Part shown: piece by piece, positions 28,031-36,992 of the stretch | How the letters are laid out: each line of letters starts with the position of its first letter | How positions within the stretch are numbered: the stretch's first letter is position 1 | NCBI GenBank assembly: GCA_017561025.1 | Contig: JAFZDU010000074.1 | Coordinates: 7,603 to 71,602, forward strand | Reading direction: 5' to 3' | Source of the DNA: Bacteroidales bacterium | GTDB lineage: Bacteria; Bacteroidota; Bacteroidia; Bacteroidales; F082 | DNA: 64,000 nt | The notes under the pieces: model-generated | The model's database searches: none | The model's input: the letters and a program-made list of their open reading frames with translations, nothing else | What the model was told of the DNA's origin: nothing | Position numbers and translations under genes: made by a program

Positions 28031-31000
28031 ATGAGAAAGTTCTTAACTTGTCTTATGGTTTTGGTGTTATTGGCACCTAACGCATTAAGAGCAGATGAGA
28101 AAAAACGTGATTCTTATCAGCCAGTTTACCAAGTGAAGGCAGATGCTATGAACGACAACACTGTCAAAGCATGCTGGAGCTGGGATGAAATCGTTCCTGA
28201 CAAACTTATGATTAACTTCGAGTCAGGTGAAATATCACAAGGCGATTTCAACAATGAAGTTTCTAACTACCCATGGGTTATCACAGAAAACGCTTACGAA
28301 GGCACTTACGCTATCAAATCTTCTAACGAAGGCAAACCAAACAGCACATCAGCAATCGAAATCACTGTCGACGTTCCTTACGACGGCGTTATGGGTTTCA
28401 ACTGCAGAGTGTCTAGTGAAACAAAATATGACTTCGGTCGTTTCTATATCGACGGCGTCATGATGCTTGAGACATCAGGTCTTAAAATGTGGCAATACAA
28501 AGAATATGAAATCACTGAAGGTACTCACACCTACAGATGGGAATACAAGAAAGATAACGGTACAGACAAACAAGAAGATACTTTCTATCTTGACAACATC
28601 AAACTCTTCGGTGAAGTAGAACCTTTCGAAGGCGGCTGGATCACATACAGCGACACTGCTTACGTTGAGTCGGTAAGCCCTGGTTACAACGCACAAATGT
28701 GGTGGGGCGTTAAATTCCCAAGAACAGAGTCATATAAAGATATGGTCCTCAGCGCTATCTCTGTATTCGACGCACAGCCAGGCGCAGGTAACTATACAGC
28801 TAACATCTTCATGGGTGGCGAAAACGCTCCTGAAGAATTGGTTTCAACACAAACATTCAGCTTGTCAGGTTCAGAACAATTCGTTGACGTAGCTCTTTCA
28901 ACACCAGTTGAAATTGAAGGCGACCAACCATTATGGATTACATTGCATTCAACAGACATCTTCGCTCCAGCAGCAGGTTGCGAATATGCTGACGATATCA
29001 ACAGCGACTGGCTCTCATTGAACGGAACAGATTGGGGTCACATCAAATCAGACTATGGTTTCCACTATTCATGGATGATCAAAGGTTATGTTGAAAATGT
29101 TGAAGGCAAGAGAGCAGAACTCGCTAATAATAACAGAGCAGAATTCAACTCATATAAAGTCTATCGCTACGACTGCTTCGCAGGTGAGATGTCAGAACAA
29201 ACAGTGACATTGCTCGCTGAAAACGTAACAGACACATTGTTCTTAGACAACGATTGGGCAGGCATGGAAGACGGTATCTACCAATGGGGCGTCTCTGCAG
29301 TTTATGACGGCAATAACGAATCTTCAATCACATGGTCAAACATCGTTGACAAAAACATGGTTGCTACAATGAATGTCAACGTTACAACAAACAACAACAA
29401 GACTGCTGAAGGTACTTTGGTAAGATTCATCAACCTCTCAGAACCAGGAATGGAATATGACTATGAAGTTGTTTTGGATGAAACAGGCGCTTGCTCATGG
29501 AAGAAATTCCGTAAAGGTATTTATGAAGTGACAATCTCAAACGATGGTTATTATTCATGCTACGACAGCGAAGTCATAGAAATCTGGGACGCAACAACAT
29601 TAAGCTGCGAACTCGAAGAAATAGTTGCTGCTGTTAACCTTTACGTCTCTCCAACAGGATGGGCAATGTGGAACGAAGAAGAAAACACTTCTAACGCTTT
29701 GAGCTATGACGTTTATTTGAACAACACATTATTAGAACAAGTAACAACAACATATTATCAACACTCAGACCTCACCGTTGGTCAGTCATACACAACAAAG
29801 GTCATCGCTAACTACGCTACTGGTGTCAGCGACCCAATGACATACACATGGACATATAGAGACTGTGACAACTATGAAGGCGTTTCTGACTTCACAGTGA
29901 AATATGCTAACGGCAAGGCAGTTCTTAACTGGACAGTTCCTGGAATCGACGTCTCACAAGAACCACATACATTATCATATGGTTTCGAAAATGACTTAGA
30001 CCAATGGACAAATATCGATGCTGACAACGACGGTCACGTTTGGTATCATAACTCAGAATATGAAGAACACGAAGTAGACCCAGTTGAAGCTCACACAGGC
30101 AACGGCTACATCTGTTCAGAGTCGTTCTGCAACGCTTTCACAGCTCTTACTCCAGACGATTATTTAGTATCTCCAGAAAAAGTCGTTGCTACAGCAACAT
30201 CAAAGATCACTTTCTGGGCATCAGCACAAGACGCTGCTTACGCTGCTGAACACTTCGGCGTCGCTGTTTCATCAGACGGCAACACTTCAGCTGACGACTT
30301 CGTAACCTTAGCAGAATGGACAATGACAGCAAAGAGCGGTGCTAAATCACAACGCGGCACAAGAAACCAAGGCAACTGGTATCAATATGAAGCTGACTTA
30401 AGTTCATACGAAGGTCAAGAAATCTGGGTTGCTATCCGTCACTTCAACACAACAGACATGTTCATCTTGTTAGTTGACGACGTACAACTCGTTGACGTTG
30501 CTCTCATCCCAGAAGTAAAAGAGACAGAAGCTCTCGGCGCTATGGTTTATCGTGATGGTCAACTCCTCAACACAACTCCAATCAGAACAGGCAGATTCTC
30601 AGAAAGCATGGCTGTTGAAACAGAACGCGAATATTGTGTCAGAGTCGTTTACGGCGGCGAAAAAGATGATACATACTACGCAATGTCATGCCCTGACTGT
30701 GAGTCACTCTTCTCACAAATGTTCTGCGACGCTCCAGAAGATCTCTATGGCGTTCAGTCATCTAACGAACAAGGCTTGATGGGCGTTCGCCTCGTATGGC
30801 CTTACTCAGCACCTACAACAAACTGGTTATATTATGACAACGGTCTTAAACTCGACGGCGTCGGCGGACCAGAAACATTCTTGTGGGGTGTCATGTTCCC
30901 AGCACAATCCCTCATCGGTTACGAAGGAACATCATTGACAAAAGTCACTATGTATGCTAACGCTATGTCAGAAGGTTTCATCTATATCTACAGCGGCGGT

Positions 31001-31780
31001 ATCACAACACCTGCATCAATGGTTCACGCTCAACAATATTCAACTGACGGTATAGCAGATGACTTCGAAGAATACGTATTGACAACACCAGTGAAAATCG
31101 ATGCTTCAAAGAACCTCTGGATCGTATTCAGCACAAATACAGGTACTATATTCCCAGCTGGTGTTGCTGCAGACTGTGGCGACCCTAACGCACGCTGGAT
31201 CTCATTGGACGGCTACACATGGGAAGACATGAGCATCTACGGTTTGAACTACTCATGGATGGTTCGTGGTTATGTATCTGACGACGATAAATTAGGTGGC
31301 GAGACACGCGCTTTGCAACACTATAACATCTATCGCGGTTCTTCAGAAAACGACTTCGAATTGATCGATAACACAACAGAAACAACTTACTTCGATGTTG
31401 TTAACGAAGGTACATATTACTATCAATTAACAGCAGTATATGAGCAAGAAGGAAAAGAATGCGAATCAGATCCTGCTAATGCTTATGAAAACGAAGAACA
31501 AGACTACATCATCGTTATCGTTAAGAAAGGTGAGTCATTAGATGAAAATGCTTTTGTCACTATGGTTTATCCAAACCCAGCAAAAGACGTCTTGAACATC
31601 AGCGCTGAAGCGATGACACGCGTAAGCATCATCAACACATTAGGTCAGACAGTATACGACCAAGCAGTTGACGCTGACGATGTAGTTCTCGATATGACAC
31701 AATTTAAATCAGGCGTCTATATGTTACGCATCGCAACAGAAAACGGCGTAGCAACACAACGCATCATGGTTAACAATTGA
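28031..31780 (+). CDS. 1249-aa T9SS-sorted adhesin, a shorter mosaic paralog of 17146-26013
   Basis: Near-identical signal peptide (MRKFLTCLMVLVLLAPNALRAD). One cleaved-adhesin domain (WTNIDADNDGHVWYH...PDDYLVSPE...EHFGVAVSS...WYQYEADLS...RHFNTTDMFILLVDDVQL). Two W.YYD..G...WM(I/V)(K/R)GYV modules. VYPNPAKDVLNI...GVYMLRI C-terminal domain. Confidence 0.85.
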   Translation: MRKFLTCLMVLVLLAPNALRADEKKRDSYQPVYQVKADAMNDNTVKACWSWDEIVPDKLMINFESGEISQGDFNNEVSNYPWVITENAYEGTYAIKSSNEGKPNSTSAIEITVDVPYDGVMGFNCRVSSETKYDFGRFYIDGVMMLETSGLKMWQYKEYEITEGTHTYRWEYKKDNGTDKQEDTFYLDNIKLFGEVEPFEGGWITYSDTAYVESVSPGYNAQMWWGVKFPRTESYKDMVLSAISVFDAQPGAGNYTANIFMGGENAPEELVSTQTFSLSGSEQFVDVALSTPVEIEGDQPLWITLHSTDIFAPAAGCEYADDINSDWLSLNGTDWGHIKSDYGFHYSWMIKGYVENVEGKRAELANNNRAEFNSYKVYRYDCFAGEMSEQTVTLLAENVTDTLFLDNDWAGMEDGIYQWGVSAVYDGNNESSITWSNIVDKNMVATMNVNVTTNNNKTAEGTLVRFINLSEPGMEYDYEVVLDETGACSWKKFRKGIYEVTISNDGYYSCYDSEVIEIWDATTLSCELEEIVAAVNLYVSPTGWAMWNEEENTSNALSYDVYLNNTLLEQVTTTYYQHSDLTVGQSYTTKVIANYATGVSDPMTYTWTYRDCDNYEGVSDFTVKYANGKAVLNWTVPGIDVSQEPHTLSYGFENDLDQWTNIDADNDGHVWYHNSEYEEHEVDPVEAHTGNGYICSESFCNAFTALTPDDYLVSPEKVVATATSKITFWASAQDAAYAAEHFGVAVSSDGNTSADDFVTLAEWTMTAKSGAKSQRGTRNQGNWYQYEADLSSYEGQEIWVAIRHFNTTDMFILLVDDVQLVDVALIPEVKETEALGAMVYRDGQLLNTTPIRTGRFSESMAVETEREYCVRVVYGGEKDDTYYAMSCPDCESLFSQMFCDAPEDLYGVQSSNEQGLMGVRLVWPYSAPTTNWLYYDNGLKLDGVGGPETFLWGVMFPAQSLIGYEGTSLTKVTMYANAMSEGFIYIYSGGITTPASMVHAQQYSTDGIADDFEEYVLTTPVKIDASKNLWIVFSTNTGTIFPAGVAADCGDPNARWISLDGYTWEDMSIYGLNYSWMVRGYVSDDDKLGGETRALQHYNIYRGSSENDFELIDNTTETTYFDVVNEGTYYYQLTAVYEQEGKECESDPANAYENEEQDYIIVIVKKGESLDENAFVTMVYPNPAKDVLNISAEAMTRVSIINTLGQTVYDQAVDADDVVLDMTQFKSGVYMLRIATENGVATQRIMVNN

Positions 31781-31799
31781 TAAGAGATTTTTATAAAAA

Positions 31800-31830
31800 C
31801 TCAGAATCTCAAAATCTCAGAATCTCAGAA
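31800..31830. repeat. Octamer word run CTCAGAAT CTCAAAAT CTCAGAAT CTCAGAA
   Basis: The last unit is the 5' arm of the terminator at 31823-31852. Confidence 0.8.
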
Positions 31831-31852
31831 ATGGGGTTCTGAGATTTTTTTT
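31823..31852 (+). terminator. Intrinsic terminator after 28031-31780
   Basis: TCTCAGAA/TTCTGAGA perfect 8-bp stem followed by T8. The 5' arm is the last unit of the word run at 31800-31830. Confidence 0.75.
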
Positions 31853-31864
31853 GACTTCGTGCTT

Positions 31865-31908
31865 CATCACCTGCTTATGATCTGTCGCTCCTAACGGAGC
31901 TGTTTTTT
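31865..31908 (+). repeat. CCTAACGG hairpin element, copy 1
   Basis: 29/38 identical to the reverse complement of 43253-43290. GCTCC-TAAC-GGAGC hairpin followed by T6. Confidence 0.65.
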
Positions 31909-31939
31909 GGAATTCAAGGTATCAGGAATTCAGGTTTCC
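31909..31939. repeat. Word run GGAATTCAAGG TATCAGGAATTCAGG
   Basis: GAATTCAGG-type units between the convergent adhesin and murB genes. Confidence 0.6.
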
Positions 31940-31964
31940 ACAATCACTAAAAAATCATTCTTAA

Positions 31965-31992
31965 TAAAAAAGACGCCACAGGGTGACGTCTC
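31965..31992 (-). terminator. Intrinsic terminator after murB (GAGACGU-stem family)
   Basis: Minus strand GGAGACGTCAC-CCT-GTGGCGTCT followed by TTTTTT. Same arms as the terminator at 26026. Confidence 0.7.
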
Positions 31993-31994
31993 CA

Positions 31995-32013
31995 CTTGTA
32001 GTCTTGTAGTCTC
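31995..32013. repeat. Word run CTTGTAGT CTTGTAGT CTC abutting the murB stop
   Basis: On the murB strand the order is stop, GACTACAA x2, then the terminator. Confidence 0.75.
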
Positions 32014-33073
32014 AAACAAGGTTCACTTCCGGTTTAATCTCAATGCCGAATTTCTCTTTCACGCTTTCCTGTATCTTCGTCATGAGGTCGAGAATCTCTT
32101 CAGGTCTGCCGCCGCCGTAATGAACCAGCACGAGCGCCTGCTTGTCCCAGACTCCCACATGATTCTCACGGTAGCCTTTCCATCCCGACTTGTCGATGAG
32201 CCATCCAGCAGGAATCTTCACTCCATTGTCGTTAGGATATGAAGGCACTTCAGGATATGTCTCTTTGATGCTTTGATATTTGTCGACATCGACGATAGGA
32301 TTCTGGAAGAAACTGCCGACGCTGCCAACGACACCTACTTCGGGCAATTTCTCCGCGCGTATCGTCTTGATCGCACTGGCGACGTCATATAGAGTAGGGG
32401 ATTCTATGTTTTTCTTGGAAAGATAATCTTTGATATTGCCATATTCCAACTTCAACTCAGCATTTCTCTTTAGTCTGAAGTCGATGGCGTAGATGAAATA
32501 TTTCTTGTTCTCTTCCTTCTTGAATATGCTGTTACGATAGGCGAACTCGCATTCTTCGTTGTCGAAGACGCGTTCCTCGCCGCTTTCAATGTCGATGGTA
32601 TAAACCTTTGTGATGCAGTCTTTCACCTCGCTGCCGTATGCGCCGATGTTCTGGACAGGAGCAGCACCCACGCTGCCAGGGATGTCGACGAGATTCTCTA
32701 ATCCGTAGAGATTGTTGCTAACAGTGAAATCAACGAAATCCTTCCAAACCTCACCCGACATGCACCTTACGGTAAGGAATTGAGGAATTGAGGAATTGAG
32801 GAATTGAGGAAATTCTTTATCCGTTGACTGTTGACCATCAACAAAAGTAATTCCTTTTAAATTGGAGTGTATTACTACTCCGTCAAAGTATTCTTCAGTG
32901 AAAAGAATGTTGCTTCCGCCTCCAAGGAAAAGTTTCTTAGATTCTTTAAATGTCTTGTCATCAATGAGTTTTTTTATGTCGTCCAATGAATTGACTTCGC
33001 AGAAATATTTTGCGATAACATTGAATCCCATTGTGTTTAAACCTTGAAGAGAATAATCTTTTTTCATCTGCAT
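32012..33073 (-). CDS. murB: UDP-N-acetylenolpyruvoylglucosamine reductase MurB
   Basis: LNTMGFNVIAKYF...LFLGGGSNILF...IPGSVGAAPVQNIGAYG...YRNSIFK. Start set to ATG 33073 (or 33067) because a TAATTTTG -7 box (33083-33090, minus) lies downstream of the ORF-track start at 33115. Contains an in-frame (AGGAATTG)x4 run. Confidence 0.88.
   Translation of the reverse strand: MQMKKDYSLQGLNTMGFNVIAKYFCEVNSLDDIKKLIDDKTFKESKKLFLGGGSNILFTEEYFDGVVIHSNLKGITFVDGQQSTDKEFPQFLNSSIPQFLTVRCMSGEVWKDFVDFTVSNNLYGLENLVDIPGSVGAAPVQNIGAYGSEVKDCITKVYTIDIESGEERVFDNEECEFAYRNSIFKKEENKKYFIYAIDFRLKRNAELKLEYGNIKDYLSKKNIESPTLYDVASAIKTIRAEKLPEVGVVGSVGSFFQNPIVDVDKYQSIKETYPEVPSYPNDNGVKIPAGWLIDKSGWKGYRENHVGVWDKQALVLVHYGGGRPEEILDLMTKIQESVKEKFGIEIKPEVNLV
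32775..32811 (-). repeat. Perfect (AGGAATTG)x4 + AGGAA octamer array inside murB
   Basis: Four exact 8-nt units, translated on the minus strand as PQFLNSSIPQFL. Confidence 0.95.
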
Positions 33074-33082
33074 ATTTTTTTT

Positions 33083-33090
33083 CAAAATTA
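33083..33090 (-). promoter_or_regulatory. -7 box TAATTTTG (minus strand) for murB
   Basis: Plus strand reads CAAAATTA, 10 nt upstream of ATG 33073. Confidence 0.45.
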
Positions 33091-33153
33091 AAAGTTTTTT
33101 GCTAAAGCGAGACATAAAAGAACTAATTTTATAAACTCAAAAAAGATATTAAA

Positions 33154-34269
33154 TTGAAACGTGTTATTGTATCAGTTATCAACGATTTAGTGACAGACCA
33201 GAGAGTCAATAAGTCGTGCCTTACACTTCAGAAAGCAGGATTCGAGGTGTTGTTGGTAGGTCGTAAGCAGAAGAAAAGTCCCGAAATGGATGAGCGTCCC
33301 TATCGTTCTCATCGCATGAGACTTATATTCGAAAAGGGTCCGCTTTTCTACGCGGAATATAATATCAGATTGTTTTTCTTCCTTATGTTCCATCGCGCCG
33401 ACTGCTTCTTGTCGAACGACCTAGACACTTTGCTGCCTTCTTTTTTAGTATCTAAGATAAAGAGAAAGAAACTCATCTACGACAGTCACGAATATTTCAC
33501 CGAGGTGCCTGAACTCGTAAGTCGTCCTAAGGTGCAGAAAGTGTGGCGTAGGATAGAAGAGTTCGTCTTGCCTAAGATGAAGGAGATGATAACAGTGAAT
33601 GAATCTATCGCGAATCTTTTCAGAGAGAAATACGGCATTAAGGTTCATATCATAAGAAACATCCCAATGCGCAAGATGCTGCCGGAACCTTCAACGCGTG
33701 AGAGACTGAATCTCCCTGACGACAAGCATATCCTCATTCTTCAAGGTTCTGGAATCAATATCCACAGAGGTTCAGAGGAACTCGTCGATGCTATGCAGTA
33801 TCTCGACGATTGTATATTGTTGATAATAGGTGGCGGCGACGTGCTTCCAATCTTGAAGAAAACGGTGGCAGAACGTCATCACGAAGACAGAGTGCGTTTC
33901 TATCCTCGCATGCCTTATAAAGACATGATGGCGATAACACGTCTCGCTGAGGTGGGCTTCACTCTCGATAAACCTAACAACCTCAACTATCTCTTCAGTC
34001 TGCCGAATAAGTTGTTCGACTACATACAAGCTAATGTCCCGATCATAGCATCGCATCTTCCTGAGATAGAAAGGATAATAAAAGATTATAACATCGGCAC
34101 ATTCGTCGACGACCATAATCCTCAGCATATTGCAGAGAAAATCAAGGAAGTGCTTTCTGATGAAAATACCTTGAAAACTTGGAAAAATAATCTTAACTTC
34201 GCAGCTCAAGAATTATGTTGGGAAAACGAAGAAAAAACTTTGATTAAAATATATGAGCAATACATCTGA
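33154..34269 (+). CDS. Glycosyltransferase (GT4-like)
   Basis: 371 aa with a GT-B C-terminal half (ILQGSGINIHRGSEELVDAM...LLIIGGGD...EVGFTLDKP...PNKLFDYIQANVPIIAS). TTG start at 33154. An in-frame stop at 33124 leaves no upstream ATG. Confidence 0.7.
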   Translation: MKRVIVSVINDLVTDQRVNKSCLTLQKAGFEVLLVGRKQKKSPEMDERPYRSHRMRLIFEKGPLFYAEYNIRLFFFLMFHRADCFLSNDLDTLLPSFLVSKIKRKKLIYDSHEYFTEVPELVSRPKVQKVWRRIEEFVLPKMKEMITVNESIANLFREKYGIKVHIIRNIPMRKMLPEPSTRERLNLPDDKHILILQGSGINIHRGSEELVDAMQYLDDCILLIIGGGDVLPILKKTVAERHHEDRVRFYPRMPYKDMMAITRLAEVGFTLDKPNNLNYLFSLPNKLFDYIQANVPIIASHLPEIERIIKDYNIGTFVDDHNPQHIAEKIKEVLSDENTLKTWKNNLNFAAQELCWENEEKTLIKIYEQYI

Positions 34270-35377
34270 TAAACATTTGCATATCGTAAGTTTCGATATT
34301 CCTTATCCTGCCAACTACGGCGGCGTTATTGACGTCTTCTTTAGAATTAAGGCGCTCTCGGAACGTGGTGTTAAAATTCATTTGCATTGTTTCGAATACG
34401 GACGCGAACACTCAGAATATCTTGAGAGGTTCTGCTACTCTGTAAATTATTATAAGAGAGAGACTAAACTGACAAAACTCTTTAATTCAATTCCTTATAT
34501 CGTTTGCTCCCGCGATTCTGAGGAGTTGCTAGAAAATCTCAAGAAAGACGACTATCCTATTTTGCTCGAAGGTCTGCATTGCTGTATGTTGCTTACCTGT
34601 GACGACTTGAAGGATAGAAATGTGATAGTGAGAGCTCATAATGTTGAACATGATTATTATGAACATCTTGCAAAGGTAGAAGTCGATTCAAAGAAGAAAT
34701 TATACCTCAAACAGGAAGTCGATAAACTCAGAAATTTCGAGTGTATCTTGAATAAGGCGAGCGCTATATTGGCGATTTCACAGAAAGACTACGAATATTT
34801 CTCTGAGAAATATAATAATGTATATAAGGTCACAGCATACAACGCTTATACTGAAGTCGACATCTTGGAAGGAAGCAGCGACTATGTCTTATATCATGGC
34901 AATCTGTCAGTGGCAGAGAATTATAGAGCTGCTGAAATACTTATTGAGACATTCGAGAATTTTGATGTCAAGTTGAAGATTGCTGGCATGAACCCTCCGC
35001 CTCATATCGTGAAACTTATTGAAGATGTGCCGAATATTGAACTTATCGATAGTCCTAGCGATCAGGTCTTGTTCGATCTTATACGTCATGCTCATATCAA
35101 TATCCTTGTGACAGAACAGGCTACTGGTCTTAAGTTGAAATTGCTGAACACTCTCTTCAATGGTCGATTCTGTCTCGTCAACGACAAGATGGTCGAAGGT
35201 CTGGATGTCAATGGATTATGTTATATCGTCAACGATTCAAATGCTATACGATTTGCTGTCAGTGAGCTTATGCCTCGTTCTTTCGATAAGCATCAGATAG
35301 AACGTCGTAGAAAGAATATGAAACATTTCTATGATATCGAAGAGGCGACAGATTTGTTGTTGAAGTTGATAGAGTAG
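34253..35377 (+). CDS. Glycosyltransferase-like protein (GT1/GT4-type fold)
   Basis: 374 aa. N-terminus LHIVSFDIPYPANYGGVIDVF. Overlaps the upstream GT by 17 nt (operon). The family call is weak and made from memory. Confidence 0.55.
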   Translation: MSNTSDKHLHIVSFDIPYPANYGGVIDVFFRIKALSERGVKIHLHCFEYGREHSEYLERFCYSVNYYKRETKLTKLFNSIPYIVCSRDSEELLENLKKDDYPILLEGLHCCMLLTCDDLKDRNVIVRAHNVEHDYYEHLAKVEVDSKKKLYLKQEVDKLRNFECILNKASAILAISQKDYEYFSEKYNNVYKVTAYNAYTEVDILEGSSDYVLYHGNLSVAENYRAAEILIETFENFDVKLKIAGMNPPPHIVKLIEDVPNIELIDSPSDQVLFDLIRHAHINILVTEQATGLKLKLLNTLFNGRFCLVNDKMVEGLDVNGLCYIVNDSNAIRFAVSELMPRSFDKHQIERRRKNMKHFYDIEEATDLLLKLIE

Positions 35378-35385
35378 GGGTAGGA

Positions 35386-35419
35386 GCATTATGCATTGTG
35401 AATTATGAATTATGAAATT
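35386..35419. repeat. Word run GCATTATG CATTGTG AATTATG AATTATG AAATT containing the methyltransferase start codon
   Basis: ATG 35412 is part of the last unit. Confidence 0.8.
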
Positions 35420-36992
35420 AAACAAGGTCTCAACTAAAAGTGCTGCCGAGCAACTGAATGTCTCTGTTGTAAGTATTCATAACTGGATTAAGGAAGGTAT
35501 CCTGAAAACCACCGACAATCGCATAACTCAGGAATCTCTCGAAGAGTTTAAGAGAGAGTATCTCAATAATAACAAACTTTCAGCTCGCGCGAACAAGCAA
35601 TATAAAGAGTCGCACAATCATAAGTCGTTGACAGAAGAGATAAAGAAAGATCTGAAGTCTTCTATGTCGGGCGACGAACTTTCTACAAAATACGAGTCTT
35701 CATTATCAGATTCATATAAAAATAAAGAAGGAATTTATTACACGCCTCAATATATAGTTGAGGATATGTTAAAATCTATTGACATTACGGAAGACAAAAT
35801 CTTCTTGGATCCTTGTTGTGGTTCGGGTAACTTCATCATAGAGGCTATAAGAAAAGGTGTCTCTCCAGAGAATGTCTATGGCTTTGATACTGATGAGAAT
35901 GCTGTCGCAATAACAAAGAAACGCATTAAAGAAATAAGCGGTTACGAAAGCAAAAATATCATCTGTGGAGACTTCTTAAACCAACAGCCAACAATCAACG
36001 GTCAACAGTTCGATTATATTTTTACAAATCCGCCTTGGGGAAAGAAAATCAATAAGGTGGATAAAATCAGATATTCTTCTTTATATAATTCAGGAAATAG
36101 CACCGACACATCGGCATTGTTTTACTTTGCCTGTTTGAATGTGTTAAAAAAAGATGGCAAGATTGGAATGTTATTACCTGATTCATTCTTTAACATAAGT
36201 TCGTTTGAAAACGCTCGTAAGTCGTTGATGACATTACAGATAAATCGTTTCGTCGATTATGGCAATGCATTCAAAGGACTGATGACCAAGGCGATGGCAT
36301 TTGTAGCTACAAATGGCGAATGGCAAAAGTCTGATGACAAAAGCTTTATAGAATGCGTGATTTATAATGTTAATAAACATTTACGTTCGCAGGAGAGTTT
36401 TGGTGATATACCTAAATGTATCTTTAATTTTCATATTGAAGAAAGTGAAAGCGATATAATACGTCGTGTATTTTCTGTGCCGCATATCAGGTTGAAAGAC
36501 AATGCGAAGTGGGGACTAGGTGTCATTACGGGAAACAACGAGAAAATCTGTAGGAAAGAGAAAGCCGTTGGTTGTGTTCCAATATATAGAGGTAAGGATA
36601 TTATGAAGAATGCCTTGGCAGAACCATCATTGTTTATAGATGAAAATCTAGAAGGATGTCGTCAGGTCGCAGACATGGAGTTGTATAAAGCTTCGGAGAA
36701 AGTGATATATCGTTTTATCTCTAATAAGATAGTCTGTTTTTATGATACAGAACAGCGATATATTTTAAACAGTGCAAACCTTTTTGTCTTGAATGAAGAT
36801 TTTCCAATATCATATTCGCAATTGGTTGATCTTTTGAATTCCGATTTCATGAACTGGCTTTTCAGAAGTATCTTCAATACGCACAAAATACTACGCGGCG
36901 ACTTGGAGTCATTGCCTATCTTTCACGAGTATTTTAAGAAATACGAAACCTTTTCTGAAGAAACTTTGAAGATGTATCTCTCTATCTTGTAG
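35412..36992 (+). CDS. Stand-alone gamma-class N6-adenine DNA methyltransferase (TaqI/Eco57I-like) with N-terminal HTH
   Basis: Motif I LDPCCGSGNFI precedes motif IV FTNPPWGKK. TaqI_C-like C-terminal half (IYRGKDIMKN). N-terminal LNVSVVSIHNWIKEGIL helix-turn-helix. No endonuclease gene on either side. Confidence 0.75.
   Translation: MKLNKVSTKSAAEQLNVSVVSIHNWIKEGILKTTDNRITQESLEEFKREYLNNNKLSARANKQYKESHNHKSLTEEIKKDLKSSMSGDELSTKYESSLSDSYKNKEGIYYTPQYIVEDMLKSIDITEDKIFLDPCCGSGNFIIEAIRKGVSPENVYGFDTDENAVAITKKRIKEISGYESKNIICGDFLNQQPTINGQQFDYIFTNPPWGKKINKVDKIRYSSLYNSGNSTDTSALFYFACLNVLKKDGKIGMLLPDSFFNISSFENARKSLMTLQINRFVDYGNAFKGLMTKAMAFVATNGEWQKSDDKSFIECVIYNVNKHLRSQESFGDIPKCIFNFHIEESESDIIRRVFSVPHIRLKDNAKWGLGVITGNNEKICRKEKAVGCVPIYRGKDIMKNALAEPSLFIDENLEGCRQVADMELYKASEKVIYRFISNKIVCFYDTEQRYILNSANLFVLNEDFPISYSQLVDLLNSDFMNWLFRSIFNTHKILRGDLESLPIFHEYFKKYETFSEETLKMYLSIL

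Noticed and set aside
31907-32242. 111-aa plus-strand ORF.
   Set aside because: It is antisense to the 3' end of murB and starts inside the repeat and terminator region. It has no recognisable motifs.
32775-32811. Whether the tandem word runs could be CRISPR arrays.
   Set aside because: The units are 7-9 nt and directly abutting, with no spacers. Runs are 20-100 nt long and there are no cas genes.
33074-33115. Longer MurB N-terminus (MSRFSKKLLILKKN).
   Set aside because: A TAATTTTG -7 box at 33083-33090 lies inside it. MurB homologs start close to the ..SL.G.NT(F/M)G.. motif.
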